Assembly (NCBI GenBank): GCA_963778115.1
Contig: CAVZSV010000004.1
Span: forward strand, 1,952,001 to 2,016,000
Direction: 5' to 3'
DNA length: 64,000 nucleotides
Source: an uncultured delta proteobacterium
GTDB taxonomy: Bacteria > Bdellovibrionota > FAC87 > UBA2466
A program made the position numbers and the translations under genes. A model generated the notes under the pieces. That model had not been told where the DNA came from. It did no database searches and saw only the letters and a program-made list of their open reading frames with translations. Positions within the stretch are counted from its first letter, which is position 1. Each line of letters begins with the position of its first letter. Below are positions 17,640 to 26,597 of the stretch, one piece after another.

Positions 17640-19084
17640 ATAAGAGAATGATCTCCTTCGGAATTTTGTTCGGCTTTCTTTTCTTTGGAATCTCCGCTCA
17701 CGCTTACTTGCAAGTCGCTCGAAAAACCGGTTGGGCTTTTCTGATCGAAAGAGAAGGCGTCGTCTACTTCCAGGAATGCGGGCCTCAGGAAATTCCGGAA
17801 ACAAATTTTGCCGAACTTACCCCCGATGAACTTCTTCAGAAATGCCAAAGCGTTTCGAAAGCCAATCCGTACCAAGTTTCGTCCGTCGACTATAGAAGCT
17901 GGACCAGTGCTCACTACGGTGTTGCAACGATCTTACCAGAGTCTGGAGAAAATTCGTCGGCGTTGCCCTCCTTACTCCGACGAGATGTCGTCGGTCGAAG
18001 AAGTCAGAAGCCAGAAGACGAAGCTTCTCAAAAGCAGTTTGATATTCGCCTGGAACTGGAGAACCTTATTTTTAATTATTTGGGGAAAGAGGATTCCCGA
18101 ACCCTTAAAGCTACGGATCCGGTAAGTTCTACTCTCTTGTACTCGGTAGTTTCGGGCCTTGTGCCCACCTTCTCTAATGGCGCAATCTCTTTCCAATTGG
18201 GCAAGCCTTCTGCTAACGGATGGGACGGATGCGAACCCTATTGGCCCGCTGGTAAATTACCCACGCTCTCGAAAGTATTTGACGCCCCTGAAATTCGCGC
18301 TCGCTTCGAAGCATGGTTACCCAAAGCCTTCGGGGCCCTCCACCTTAAACCAATTCCTTCGACGTTAGTGAGTTGGAACCATTGGATCGAAGGCAAACAG
18401 GCCTCCAATGGAAAGCAAGGATGGATAGGACACACTTCTGTCTTTAGGATCACCATAAATCGAAATGGTTTCCTCTCCCAGCAGACTAAAGATCCGCAGT
18501 CGCTTTATCCTCTGTGTATGCGCCGTCGCCATTCGTTAGATGCTAGTAGTTTCCCCCATGGGCCCGTCACTCTTAGAGCAATCGCAGAGCGCTATCACGG
18601 CTTCTCCGAAGCGGTGCTCTATCGTTTTGCCATGTCGGATGATTTCCTGGGCGACATGCTAGTTCCTCTCATCAACCCCGGAACTGGGGTGAGCGAAGAT
18701 GCCTATAAGGTGATCCAAGAAAAGCTAGATACCGTCACTTGGTGGGCGTATCCGCGATTCGAAGACGTGGAAGCTCAAGCCCAAAAGGAGGCGCAACAAA
18801 GAGCGGCGGAAGCGGAGATTCGGCGCCAGAGGGAAATCGCGGATAACGACGCCAGCCTTAGAACTTACATGGCCAACGAGCGCCCAGGGATGGGGTATCC
18901 CGACGGAGTGCTTGCAATGGGAACTCGAGCGGATGAAAGCCTCTATCTAGAGGTCCCCCGTGGGTATTCGTTGGTAAAAAAACGTACTCAGAATCGGGTC
19001 CATCTCTATATGGACACTTCGCGATTCAGTCCGAGAGTAGTGCAAGAGTACATCGACTTTCTCAATAGACAGGGGCCGTTTTGA
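17636..19084 (+). CDS. array copy 1: secreted paralog with unique C-terminal domain
   Basis: True start likely ATG 17636 (MNKRMISF.. signal peptide, AHA/YLQVARKTGWAFLIEREGVVYFQECG). Confidence 0.85.
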   Translation: MNKRMISFGILFGFLFFGISAHAYLQVARKTGWAFLIEREGVVYFQECGPQEIPETNFAELTPDELLQKCQSVSKANPYQVSSVDYRSWTSAHYGVATILPESGENSSALPSLLRRDVVGRRSQKPEDEASQKQFDIRLELENLIFNYLGKEDSRTLKATDPVSSTLLYSVVSGLVPTFSNGAISFQLGKPSANGWDGCEPYWPAGKLPTLSKVFDAPEIRARFEAWLPKAFGALHLKPIPSTLVSWNHWIEGKQASNGKQGWIGHTSVFRITINRNGFLSQQTKDPQSLYPLCMRRRHSLDASSFPHGPVTLRAIAERYHGFSEAVLYRFAMSDDFLGDMLVPLINPGTGVSEDAYKVIQEKLDTVTWWAYPRFEDVEAQAQKEAQQRAAEAEIRRQREIADNDASLRTYMANERPGMGYPDGVLAMGTRADESLYLEVPRGYSLVKKRTQNRVHLYMDTSRFSPRVVQEYIDFLNRQGPF

Positions 19085-19094
19085 GGAAAGGGTT

Positions 19095-20669
19095 ATGAAT
19101 TTAAGAACTGTGACACTTTGGATTCTCTCTAGTCTAATCCTCTACGCAGCCCCCGCTACCGCTTATATTCTCGTCGAAAGAAATCCCGGCTGGGCGGTTC
19201 TACTTCAAAAAGAGAAGAAGGTCTATTTTGAAGAGTGCGGAAGTACGGAGCTCACGGAGAAGGAGCTTAACGATCTGAATCCCGATCGGCTGTTAACCAA
19301 GTGTAAAGCCCTCTCCCATTCCGAACCCTACGCGATTTCGATGAACGACTATAGATCTTGGGTGGGAGCTCATTATGGGATCCAAAATCCTGAGTCCGCT
19401 AATGACGCTTCTCTTTCGATTCCATCCCGAACCATTCAACAGATCCTGGAACGTCGAGACAAAGGCGGGGACCCCTCTTCTAATGGAGACTTAGAGAATC
19501 GCTATGTCTTGGAGAACCTTCTTTTTACCTACTTGGACCAGGACGAATCGCTCACTTTGTCAGCGAACAACCCCGCGGATCGAACTCTTCGTTTTATATC
19601 CGTGTCGGGCTTAACCCCGTCCTTTTCTAACGGCCAAGCCATTGTGAAACTGAGTAACGCTAACGGATACGAAGGATGTCCCGGAAATTTTGTCCTCGCT
19701 CCCACCGTGACCCTTAACTCTCTCTTCGGAGATACGATTATCCGAACTTCCTTCTACTCCTGGCTAAAAATCGCAAGCCGACAACTGGGGCTTGCGGAAT
19801 CTCCAGGGTCCTTGCTAACTTGGGCGACCTGGCTCGAGGCACGTATGTATAAGCGGGATAATTTTTCGGGAGGGGAAAATCCCTGGAAAACTCACGAAGA
19901 CCTATTTGAATATAACGTTGCCACGGAGCAGATTACTTCTCGTGCGGGAAACGGACCTGTCCCCGCCTTATGCATGCAAAGTGTTCAGCCTTTGGTGTCT
20001 TTCTCCGAAGGACCTATTCATTTTGAGACCATCGCCAAAGATTACCAAATCTCCGAGGCGATGCTTTATCGAAAGTTGACGGCAATTCCCCGCTTAGCAA
20101 AGGCGCTTGGCCCGCTGTCGCTTTCAGGTGGTGGAATAACAGAAAAGAGCTACGCTGAATTACGGCCCCTCCTGGATTCCCTCCTGGGTAAGACTTGGCC
20201 TCGTTATGAAATGATTTATGGCAACCAAGAGGACTTTTCGAGTCGCGAAATTCATCATTCTAGCTATTATACTAATAAGAACGGCGACCCTTCTCATCGA
20301 GAAGTCTTGGTTTGCAACTCAACCCCTCAAATATTAATCAAAACTGCCATTCAGTTCAATTGGGGAAGCCCCGACAGGTTGCCCGCCAGAATTTGGGTGC
20401 GGCTTGCCAACCACTGCATTCTAATCTCGGGTGAAGTATCTGATGTAGTTTATGCCTATGCTTATGCAACATTCTTTTGGGAATGGGGGGGCAATATCTC
20501 TTTTCCGATCGATCAAAATGAGGCGGAAGAGGTGACAAATATTAGACACCACAGCTTGAGCGACACCACCTTAACCTCAGCTAATTTCACCAAGTTTGCT
20601 TTTCCCGTAGTTCAACGGTCAAAATTGCTAATAGACTTCTCCGAGAGGAGAACAGGAACTCATCCATGA
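19095..20669 (+). CDS. array copy 2: secreted paralog with C-terminal DUF1036-like domain
   Basis: ATA/YILVERNPGWAVLL..KVYFEECG; C-terminal VLVCNS...IWVRLANHC...YAYA...WGG. Confidence 0.85.
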   Translation: MNLRTVTLWILSSLILYAAPATAYILVERNPGWAVLLQKEKKVYFEECGSTELTEKELNDLNPDRLLTKCKALSHSEPYAISMNDYRSWVGAHYGIQNPESANDASLSIPSRTIQQILERRDKGGDPSSNGDLENRYVLENLLFTYLDQDESLTLSANNPADRTLRFISVSGLTPSFSNGQAIVKLSNANGYEGCPGNFVLAPTVTLNSLFGDTIIRTSFYSWLKIASRQLGLAESPGSLLTWATWLEARMYKRDNFSGGENPWKTHEDLFEYNVATEQITSRAGNGPVPALCMQSVQPLVSFSEGPIHFETIAKDYQISEAMLYRKLTAIPRLAKALGPLSLSGGGITEKSYAELRPLLDSLLGKTWPRYEMIYGNQEDFSSREIHHSSYYTNKNGDPSHREVLVCNSTPQILIKTAIQFNWGSPDRLPARIWVRLANHCILISGEVSDVVYAYAYATFFWEWGGNISFPIDQNEAEEVTNIRHHSLSDTTLTSANFTKFAFPVVQRSKLLIDFSERRTGTHP

Positions 20670-22366
20670 AATCTCCCCTACACCGTTACGGATTGCTTTT
20701 TATTTTCCTAACGCTTACATCGCAAGGCTTCGCCTATGTGCAAATCGAGCGAAGTCCGGGGTGGGCGGTTATCGTCGAAATAGAGGACAAAATCTATTTT
20801 CAAGAATGCGGGCCATCCCAACTCAAAGAGAGTATCCTGGAGCTGGATCCGGACTCTCTCATGCGGCATTGCCGTGCCCTCTCCGCCATCTCTCCTTACC
20901 GAGTCTCGTTAGCGGACTATAAAGACTGGACCAGCGCTTTTTATGGAGTGGCGACGCGCCCCCGAAACAGCGATAACTCGTCCCGAGTGAGCGAGCTAGC
21001 CAAGCAGCGAATCAGTGAGATTCGAACTCAAAAGGAGAGTGATGCTTTCGCCCGAGATTTTGAAATATTGTTAGAATTAGAGAATGGGGTCTTTCGCTAT
21101 TTAGGAAGTGCGGAATCGCTCACCCTGCGCAAACAGAGCGCTAATGGCGGTTTGCTCTTTGCGCTCGTGTCGGGATTTGAGCCGACGTATTCGAACGGAA
21201 AAGTCGTTTTAAAGATCCTTCCACCGGAAAAAAAGTCAGACGCCTGTCCTGCCCACTGGGCTCCGGCCTCCTTTTCGGTAGTGTCGAATATTTTTTACGA
21301 TTCTACTGAACGAAGTTATTTCGAGGAATGGAGAACGAGATCGTACTCTGCGCCAAAATTATTCGGACCATCCGAATCGTGGATAGCCTGGAGACCCGTT
21401 CTTGAAAAAAAATACACTTCGGATGGCAAATTAGGCTGGATCTTTCACGAGTCACTCGTTGCTTTCAACCTAAGTCGTAACTCCATCTCCTATCGGGAGG
21501 CCAAGAATTCCTATGGTGGGTATGGCTTGTGTGTCCGTGGCCGTCTTCCTTGGGAACGTAGCTCCTATCCGAAAGGTCCTCTCTCTCTTAAGGAGGTAGC
21601 CGATCACTATGGAATCTCGGAAGCCGAATTTTTCCGTTGGGCGATGGCGGATGATTCCCTTGGCGAATTAGTCACAATTCTAACGACGCCCTATACCGGA
21701 ATTACCGAGGAGGCTTATCAGCAAATAAAACAAAAGTTGGATGGATTGATGGGCACGGGGCTACCTAACTACTACGCGCTTCAGGCCATCGCTAATCGTA
21801 ATCCCTTGCATGCTGACTATGACAAACAGGTTGCTTTCTACCAGGGTTATATGGGTCCCTCCGCGAAACGAAGGCTCACTCTCTGTAACGATTCTCCCTA
21901 TACGAAAATTAATCTCGCCATTGCCCTCTATTGGGCCAGTCCTCTCGGATGGACGACGCATTTTTGGTTCGAGATAAAGAAAAATGAGTGTATCCCTCTA
22001 TTTCTTCGCAACGCCGATGACTTTTTTTATCTTTTTGCTTTTAGCACCGAAGGAAAGCAGGTGGTGAAACGCTGGGAGGGAGGGACCCCGCTCGGGGTTA
22101 AGTTTGGAACTATCGCGATCCAAAAAAATTACCCCAATATAGGAGCCCAATATGACATATGGGACGGGGCTGGTGCCGTTGCGATGGCAAGTGAACGAAA
22201 GCCAGAAGTCCCTCGTTTCGAGGATCTCATCGAACAAGCCAATACCGAGTCGATCGCTTCAGTAAACTTTTCAAGGCAGCAATGTCCCCAAGGACGAGGT
22301 GAATGTCGAATGAGCTTAACATCCAGAGGATTTGAATATGGTTATCGTTATCCACAAAGGAAATAG
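20666..22366 (+). CDS. array copy 3: secreted paralog with C-terminal DUF1036-like domain
   Basis: GFA/YVQIERSPGWAVIVE..KIYFQECG; LTLCNDS..INLAIA..GWTTHFWFEIKKNEC..YLFA..WEG. Confidence 0.85.
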   Translation: MKSPLHRYGLLFIFLTLTSQGFAYVQIERSPGWAVIVEIEDKIYFQECGPSQLKESILELDPDSLMRHCRALSAISPYRVSLADYKDWTSAFYGVATRPRNSDNSSRVSELAKQRISEIRTQKESDAFARDFEILLELENGVFRYLGSAESLTLRKQSANGGLLFALVSGFEPTYSNGKVVLKILPPEKKSDACPAHWAPASFSVVSNIFYDSTERSYFEEWRTRSYSAPKLFGPSESWIAWRPVLEKKYTSDGKLGWIFHESLVAFNLSRNSISYREAKNSYGGYGLCVRGRLPWERSSYPKGPLSLKEVADHYGISEAEFFRWAMADDSLGELVTILTTPYTGITEEAYQQIKQKLDGLMGTGLPNYYALQAIANRNPLHADYDKQVAFYQGYMGPSAKRRLTLCNDSPYTKINLAIALYWASPLGWTTHFWFEIKKNECIPLFLRNADDFFYLFAFSTEGKQVVKRWEGGTPLGVKFGTIAIQKNYPNIGAQYDIWDGAGAVAMASERKPEVPRFEDLIEQANTESIASVNFSRQQCPQGRGECRMSLTSRGFEYGYRYPQRK

Positions 22367-24086
22367 TCCCCATAGGGGGGATAGCTGGCACATAGGAGCA
22401 TTGGCACTGCTATTTCTTGCAACCTATTCATCACTCAGTCATGCCTACTTGCAGATAGAACGAAATAACGGTTGGGCGGTTCTCGTGGAAAATGAGGGCA
22501 AAGTCTATTTTCAGGAATGCGGAAGTTCGCAACTTGATACGGCCTCCTTTGATCTTACCCCTGATGCCCTTTTGTTACGGTGCAAGAATTTATCTCACCT
22601 TTCTCCTTATGAGGTTAGCCTCGCTAACTATCGCAATTGGACGAGCGCGCACTTTGGCGTCGCGACTCGTTCGATGGAAATTGAGCAAAAGACATCTCGA
22701 GTTAACTTGATGGCAAGACAAGGGGTCATCGACAAACGAGCCCAGCGAGAAGCATACGATAGCGCGGCCGCTGACTTAGAGATACTTCTCGAATTTGAAG
22801 AGCTTATCTTTAGATATTTGGGAAGCTCAGAATCCTCCACTTTGCGGAATTCGGATTCCACTTTCGGTTTGCTGCAAGCCGTTGTCTTAGGATTTACTCC
22901 CACGTACTCCAATGGTGATATCGTTTTCCAAGTAAGGCCGCCTTCCCGCTCCGAAAACGGGGACTGTCCGGCCTATTGGGCCCCGGCGTCTTTTGAAACA
23001 ACCTCTAGCCCCTTTCAAAATCGCTTGGAACGTCCCTTTTTCCTCGAGTGGTTAAGGCAAGCCTCCCCCTACTTAGGCCTTCAACATATCCCCCGTACGT
23101 GGGTAGCATGGAAAGCCTGGGTCGAAAGGAAGCGGACGTCCGATGGCAAGGAGGGATCGATACCTCACCAGCAGATGGTTATTCTCGACGTAAGTTCTGA
23201 ACCCATCTCATCCAAAGAAACTAAAGATCCCTCGGGGCTTTATGGATTTTGTATAAGAGGTCGTCTTCCCTGGCATAATAGCGCTTACCCCAAAGGCCCT
23301 TTATCCCTTAACGCGGTAGCCGAACGCTACGGAATGTCGGCAACTCAAGTTTTTCGATGGGCGATGGCCGATGACGCTCTACGGCCGCTCATCACTCTGC
23401 TAATCGCTCCCAAAACCGGGATCACTGAAGAGACCTACTCTTTCGTGAGAACAAGATTTAATAAATTGATGGGACGAGATCTTCCCAACTATTTTGCACT
23501 CGCCACCCGAAATCCTGACGATGAAGAGAAGGATAAGGAGGCCATCTTTTTTCATAGTTCACTGGGAACTTACTCCAAGCGGGGTCTCACTCTTTGCAAC
23601 CATTCTTCTTACCCAAACGTTTTCGTTGCTCTTGCTCTCGATTGGACGGGATGGCCGGAATTTGGAAGAACAACCCACTTTTGGTTTGCGATTAAGCAAA
23701 ATAAATGCATCCCCCTTTATCTTGCTGGTTTTGCCCCATCCTTCTATCTCTATGCCTATAGCCCATCAGAAAATTATGGAATTAATAAGCAGTGGAGCGG
23801 AAACGTGCCTTTAGTCGTGAGATTTGGCAGCGAAGCCGTCCCTAAGAAATTTCACTCCGCTGCCAGTGGTCCTCCGCCCTTTACGATATGGGAGAATGCC
23901 GGAGCGGTAACTTTTGCCGATCAACGAAGATCGGAGGCTTGGTTTTTTGAGGATTTAATCGAACAAAATAATACCTCCTCGCTCGTCTCGGTCAATTTTG
24001 CGAAGAGAGAGTGTCCGGTAGACAAACCGCAATGCGAATTTAAATTCACCGATCGAGGGATTGAAGATGGCCCACTTAGGAAGTAA
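22338..24086 (+). CDS. array copy 4: secreted paralog with C-terminal DUF1036-like domain
   Basis: ATG 22338 with GAGGA RBS; SHA/YLQIERNNGWAVLVE..KVYFQECG; LTLCNHS..TTHFWFAIKQNKC..YLYA..WSG. Confidence 0.85.
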   Translation: MVIVIHKGNSPHRGDSWHIGALALLFLATYSSLSHAYLQIERNNGWAVLVENEGKVYFQECGSSQLDTASFDLTPDALLLRCKNLSHLSPYEVSLANYRNWTSAHFGVATRSMEIEQKTSRVNLMARQGVIDKRAQREAYDSAAADLEILLEFEELIFRYLGSSESSTLRNSDSTFGLLQAVVLGFTPTYSNGDIVFQVRPPSRSENGDCPAYWAPASFETTSSPFQNRLERPFFLEWLRQASPYLGLQHIPRTWVAWKAWVERKRTSDGKEGSIPHQQMVILDVSSEPISSKETKDPSGLYGFCIRGRLPWHNSAYPKGPLSLNAVAERYGMSATQVFRWAMADDALRPLITLLIAPKTGITEETYSFVRTRFNKLMGRDLPNYFALATRNPDDEEKDKEAIFFHSSLGTYSKRGLTLCNHSSYPNVFVALALDWTGWPEFGRTTHFWFAIKQNKCIPLYLAGFAPSFYLYAYSPSENYGINKQWSGNVPLVVRFGSEAVPKKFHSAASGPPPFTIWENAGAVTFADQRRSEAWFFEDLIEQNNTSSLVSVNFAKRECPVDKPQCEFKFTDRGIEDGPLRK

Positions 24087-25679
24087 TAAGATATTTTTCC
24101 TATTTTTATTTGGCTTATTGGCCTACTCCCCACCTGTGCAAGGTTACCTTCAAGTGGCTCGTAATCCAGGTTGGGCCGTCATCGTGGAAAAAGACAATAG
24201 CGTCTTCTTCCAAGAATGCGGATCGGAACCTCTGGATGAGGATAAGCTAGATTCGTTGAACCCGGAGCAGCTTTTAGAGAAATGCGCGTCACTCACTTCG
24301 ACTGCCCCCCCCATACCAAGTCTCGAGTGATGACTATAGAAACTGGACCAGTGCTCACTTTGGAGTCATTAACCAAAAAAGAGACCCTTCCACACAGGAT
24401 TTGGCTTTAAGAGCCATTCTCGATCGCAGAAAGGGCGCCCCACCCGAAGGTTCCGTTGAAAAGACACTCGGCTCTCAAATGGAAATGGAAGATTTGCTTT
24501 TCCGATATTTGGGACGGAGCGAATCACGCACACTGTATTCAGCGACTTCTCGGGAACTTATCGACATCGCCGTTTCTGGGCTCGTCCCGACCTTTTCCGA
24601 TGGAGCAATTGTCGCAAAAGTAGGAATGCCTACCGCCGACGGACTGGAGGGGTGTGGAACGGGATGGACGCTTGCTTCCCGATTGCGCGTGGCAAAGTTT
24701 TTCGAAAGCAAGGCAACGCGCGTCCCTTTTATCGAATGGATTCGAGATGCTTGCTCCCGGCTGGGACGTGACAAAACCAATGATACTTGGGTGACCTGGA
24801 GTCCTTGGGGAAAGCGAAATAGATGGAATAGGAAAACAGGTAAAACAGCGATGGAGCAAGAGAGAATCGCTCTTTGGCTTTCGCGTGGAGCCCGATCGAA
24901 AATCCTATACTACCCGCTACCTTGAAAAGCCAACGGGATTATTGCCATTATGCGTTCGCAATGGACAGCCTTTGGACTCCCCTTTTCAATCTCAAACCCC
25001 TGATCAAGTGAAGCAGACCGCTGACGCTTACGGTATTTTAGAATCGAAACTCTATCGTTGGATCATGGCCGAAGAGGTCCTGTCGGGTCTTTTCGCATCG
25101 CCTGGAAAATTTCGACAAGAAAATAGTAAACCTCTATTAGACGCTCTTGTGGAGGAGACGCTAGCCATCGAACAATTGCTGGAAGGGGAGCCGTACTTTG
25201 GCCAGAACTCCCGAAATCGAAAGGATCAAAGACGAATTTTGGTGTGCAACCACACGGACGATTGGATCACGGCCGGTATGGCGCTTCACTGGACTGGTTC
25301 AAGCCAGATGCCCACCCTGACTTGGTTTCGGATTTATACCGACACTTGCGAACGCTTTTTTGTAGCGGGGTTAGCGGTGTCTTCCTATCACGTCTACGCC
25401 TCCACATTCCTAAAGCCGCTGTTGAGACAGGCCCCGCAAAAAGAATGGACGGGAACGGTTCCCTTCCCCAAAACGCGTCCTACCATTGACGATCATTTCA
25501 TGCCCCCGCGGGATAACCCGGAAAAGTTACCTCGCAGTGCCCCTTCCGAGTGGACGCTTCGCCATTTTGATACGGTCAATTTCTCTGAATTCGCTTTTCC
25601 CGAAACGGAAACTGAGTCACGTGTCGATGTTAACCAAGACGGAATCCGCAAGTATGTTCCGCCACCAGAGGAGGAATGA
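24067..25679 (+). pseudogene. array copy 5: paralog split into three ORFs by two +1 frameshifts (C8 at 24305-24312, G4 at 24807-24810)
   Basis: ORFs 24061-24330, 24401-24925 and 24885-25679 are colinear pieces of the family; removing one C restores PYQVSSDDYRNWTSAHFGV. Confidence 0.8.
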
Positions 25680-25684
25680 CCGGA

Positions 25685-26596
25685 TTACCACCAATCGCAA
25701 AGCTGCGATTCGATTAAAGGCCCCGAAGACTTGCCGTTAGCACCGCGAACCATGGCGAGCTCTTTCTTACCCGGGCGATTTTCAGAAGTCCAAAAGCTAA
25801 ATCTCTTTAACCCCCAACGCAAAGACAAATCGGAAAGCCATTCGCAAACGCTCTTTTCCTCACCTGCATACCAAAGACATTCTACACGCCCCTCCGAATA
25901 GTCTGGAGCGGCCGCCACATAGAACGGCTCTTCGTTTTTAAAACCTTGCCAATAAAGTTGCGTGGGAAGGGTAATGCCTCGCATCCGCGAGATGGCCCGA
26001 TATCTTTCGATTCGCCAGTCCAAAAATTCGATATCGGGGAAGACCACAAGAGATCGAAAATCTGGTGATTGCTGTAAGCGCTGTTGCCTGATTTCCCTAA
26101 GGTGATGGATTAACTTCTGTTGGGTGATAGCAACCGCCATCGTGTCTTTAATGGGAACTGCCTCCCTTTCGACTTCAGTCGAAGGAAATAGACTAAAGCC
26201 CAAGCGCTCGTAAAAGGGAGCCCCCACCTCGGAATAGAGCACGGTCGGAAACGAACCATGCTGATTCAAAAATGCGTTGAGCAAAGCATAACAGTAGCCA
26301 CGCTTTCGTTGATCGGGAGGTGTCACGACGGACGCTATCAAATGGCCTACCTGTTCTTCTAATTTGTCTCCAGCCTTTACTAAAAAGGGGACAGTCAACA
26401 CATCCATCGCACTAAGCGGTAAGCCCTCTTCCCCACGCCAAACATAGGTCGCGATTTTAGTCTGACCGAAAGAATGGTCGTAAAGACATTGCTCCCGATA
26501 ATTAAAATCTTTTGCGGTGAGAGAACCTCGCCACACCTCCGCGCGAAAGGGGCTTAGAAAATGGCGATCCTCTTCATGTCCTAAATCACAGCGCAT
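25685..26596 (-). CDS. GNAT-family acetyltransferase-like protein
   Basis: IASVVTPPDQRKRGY acetyl-CoA motif; LYSEVGAPFYERLGF. Confidence 0.7.
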   Translation of the reverse strand: MRCDLGHEEDRHFLSPFRAEVWRGSLTAKDFNYREQCLYDHSFGQTKIATYVWRGEEGLPLSAMDVLTVPFLVKAGDKLEEQVGHLIASVVTPPDQRKRGYCYALLNAFLNQHGSFPTVLYSEVGAPFYERLGFSLFPSTEVEREAVPIKDTMAVAITQQKLIHHLREIRQQRLQQSPDFRSLVVFPDIEFLDWRIERYRAISRMRGITLPTQLYWQGFKNEEPFYVAAAPDYSEGRVECLWYAGEEKSVCEWLSDLSLRWGLKRFSFWTSENRPGKKELAMVRGANGKSSGPLIESQLCDWW

Positions 26597-26597
26597 A

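Noticed and set aside
17307..25679. Diversity-generating retroelement explanation for the CLec-like array
   Set aside because: No reverse transcriptase, no Avd-like gene and no TR/VR pair differing only at adenines is visible in the window.
17307..25679. Polymorphic toxin-immunity locus
   Set aside because: No small immunity genes lie between the copies, and I recognise no toxin catalytic motifs in the tips.
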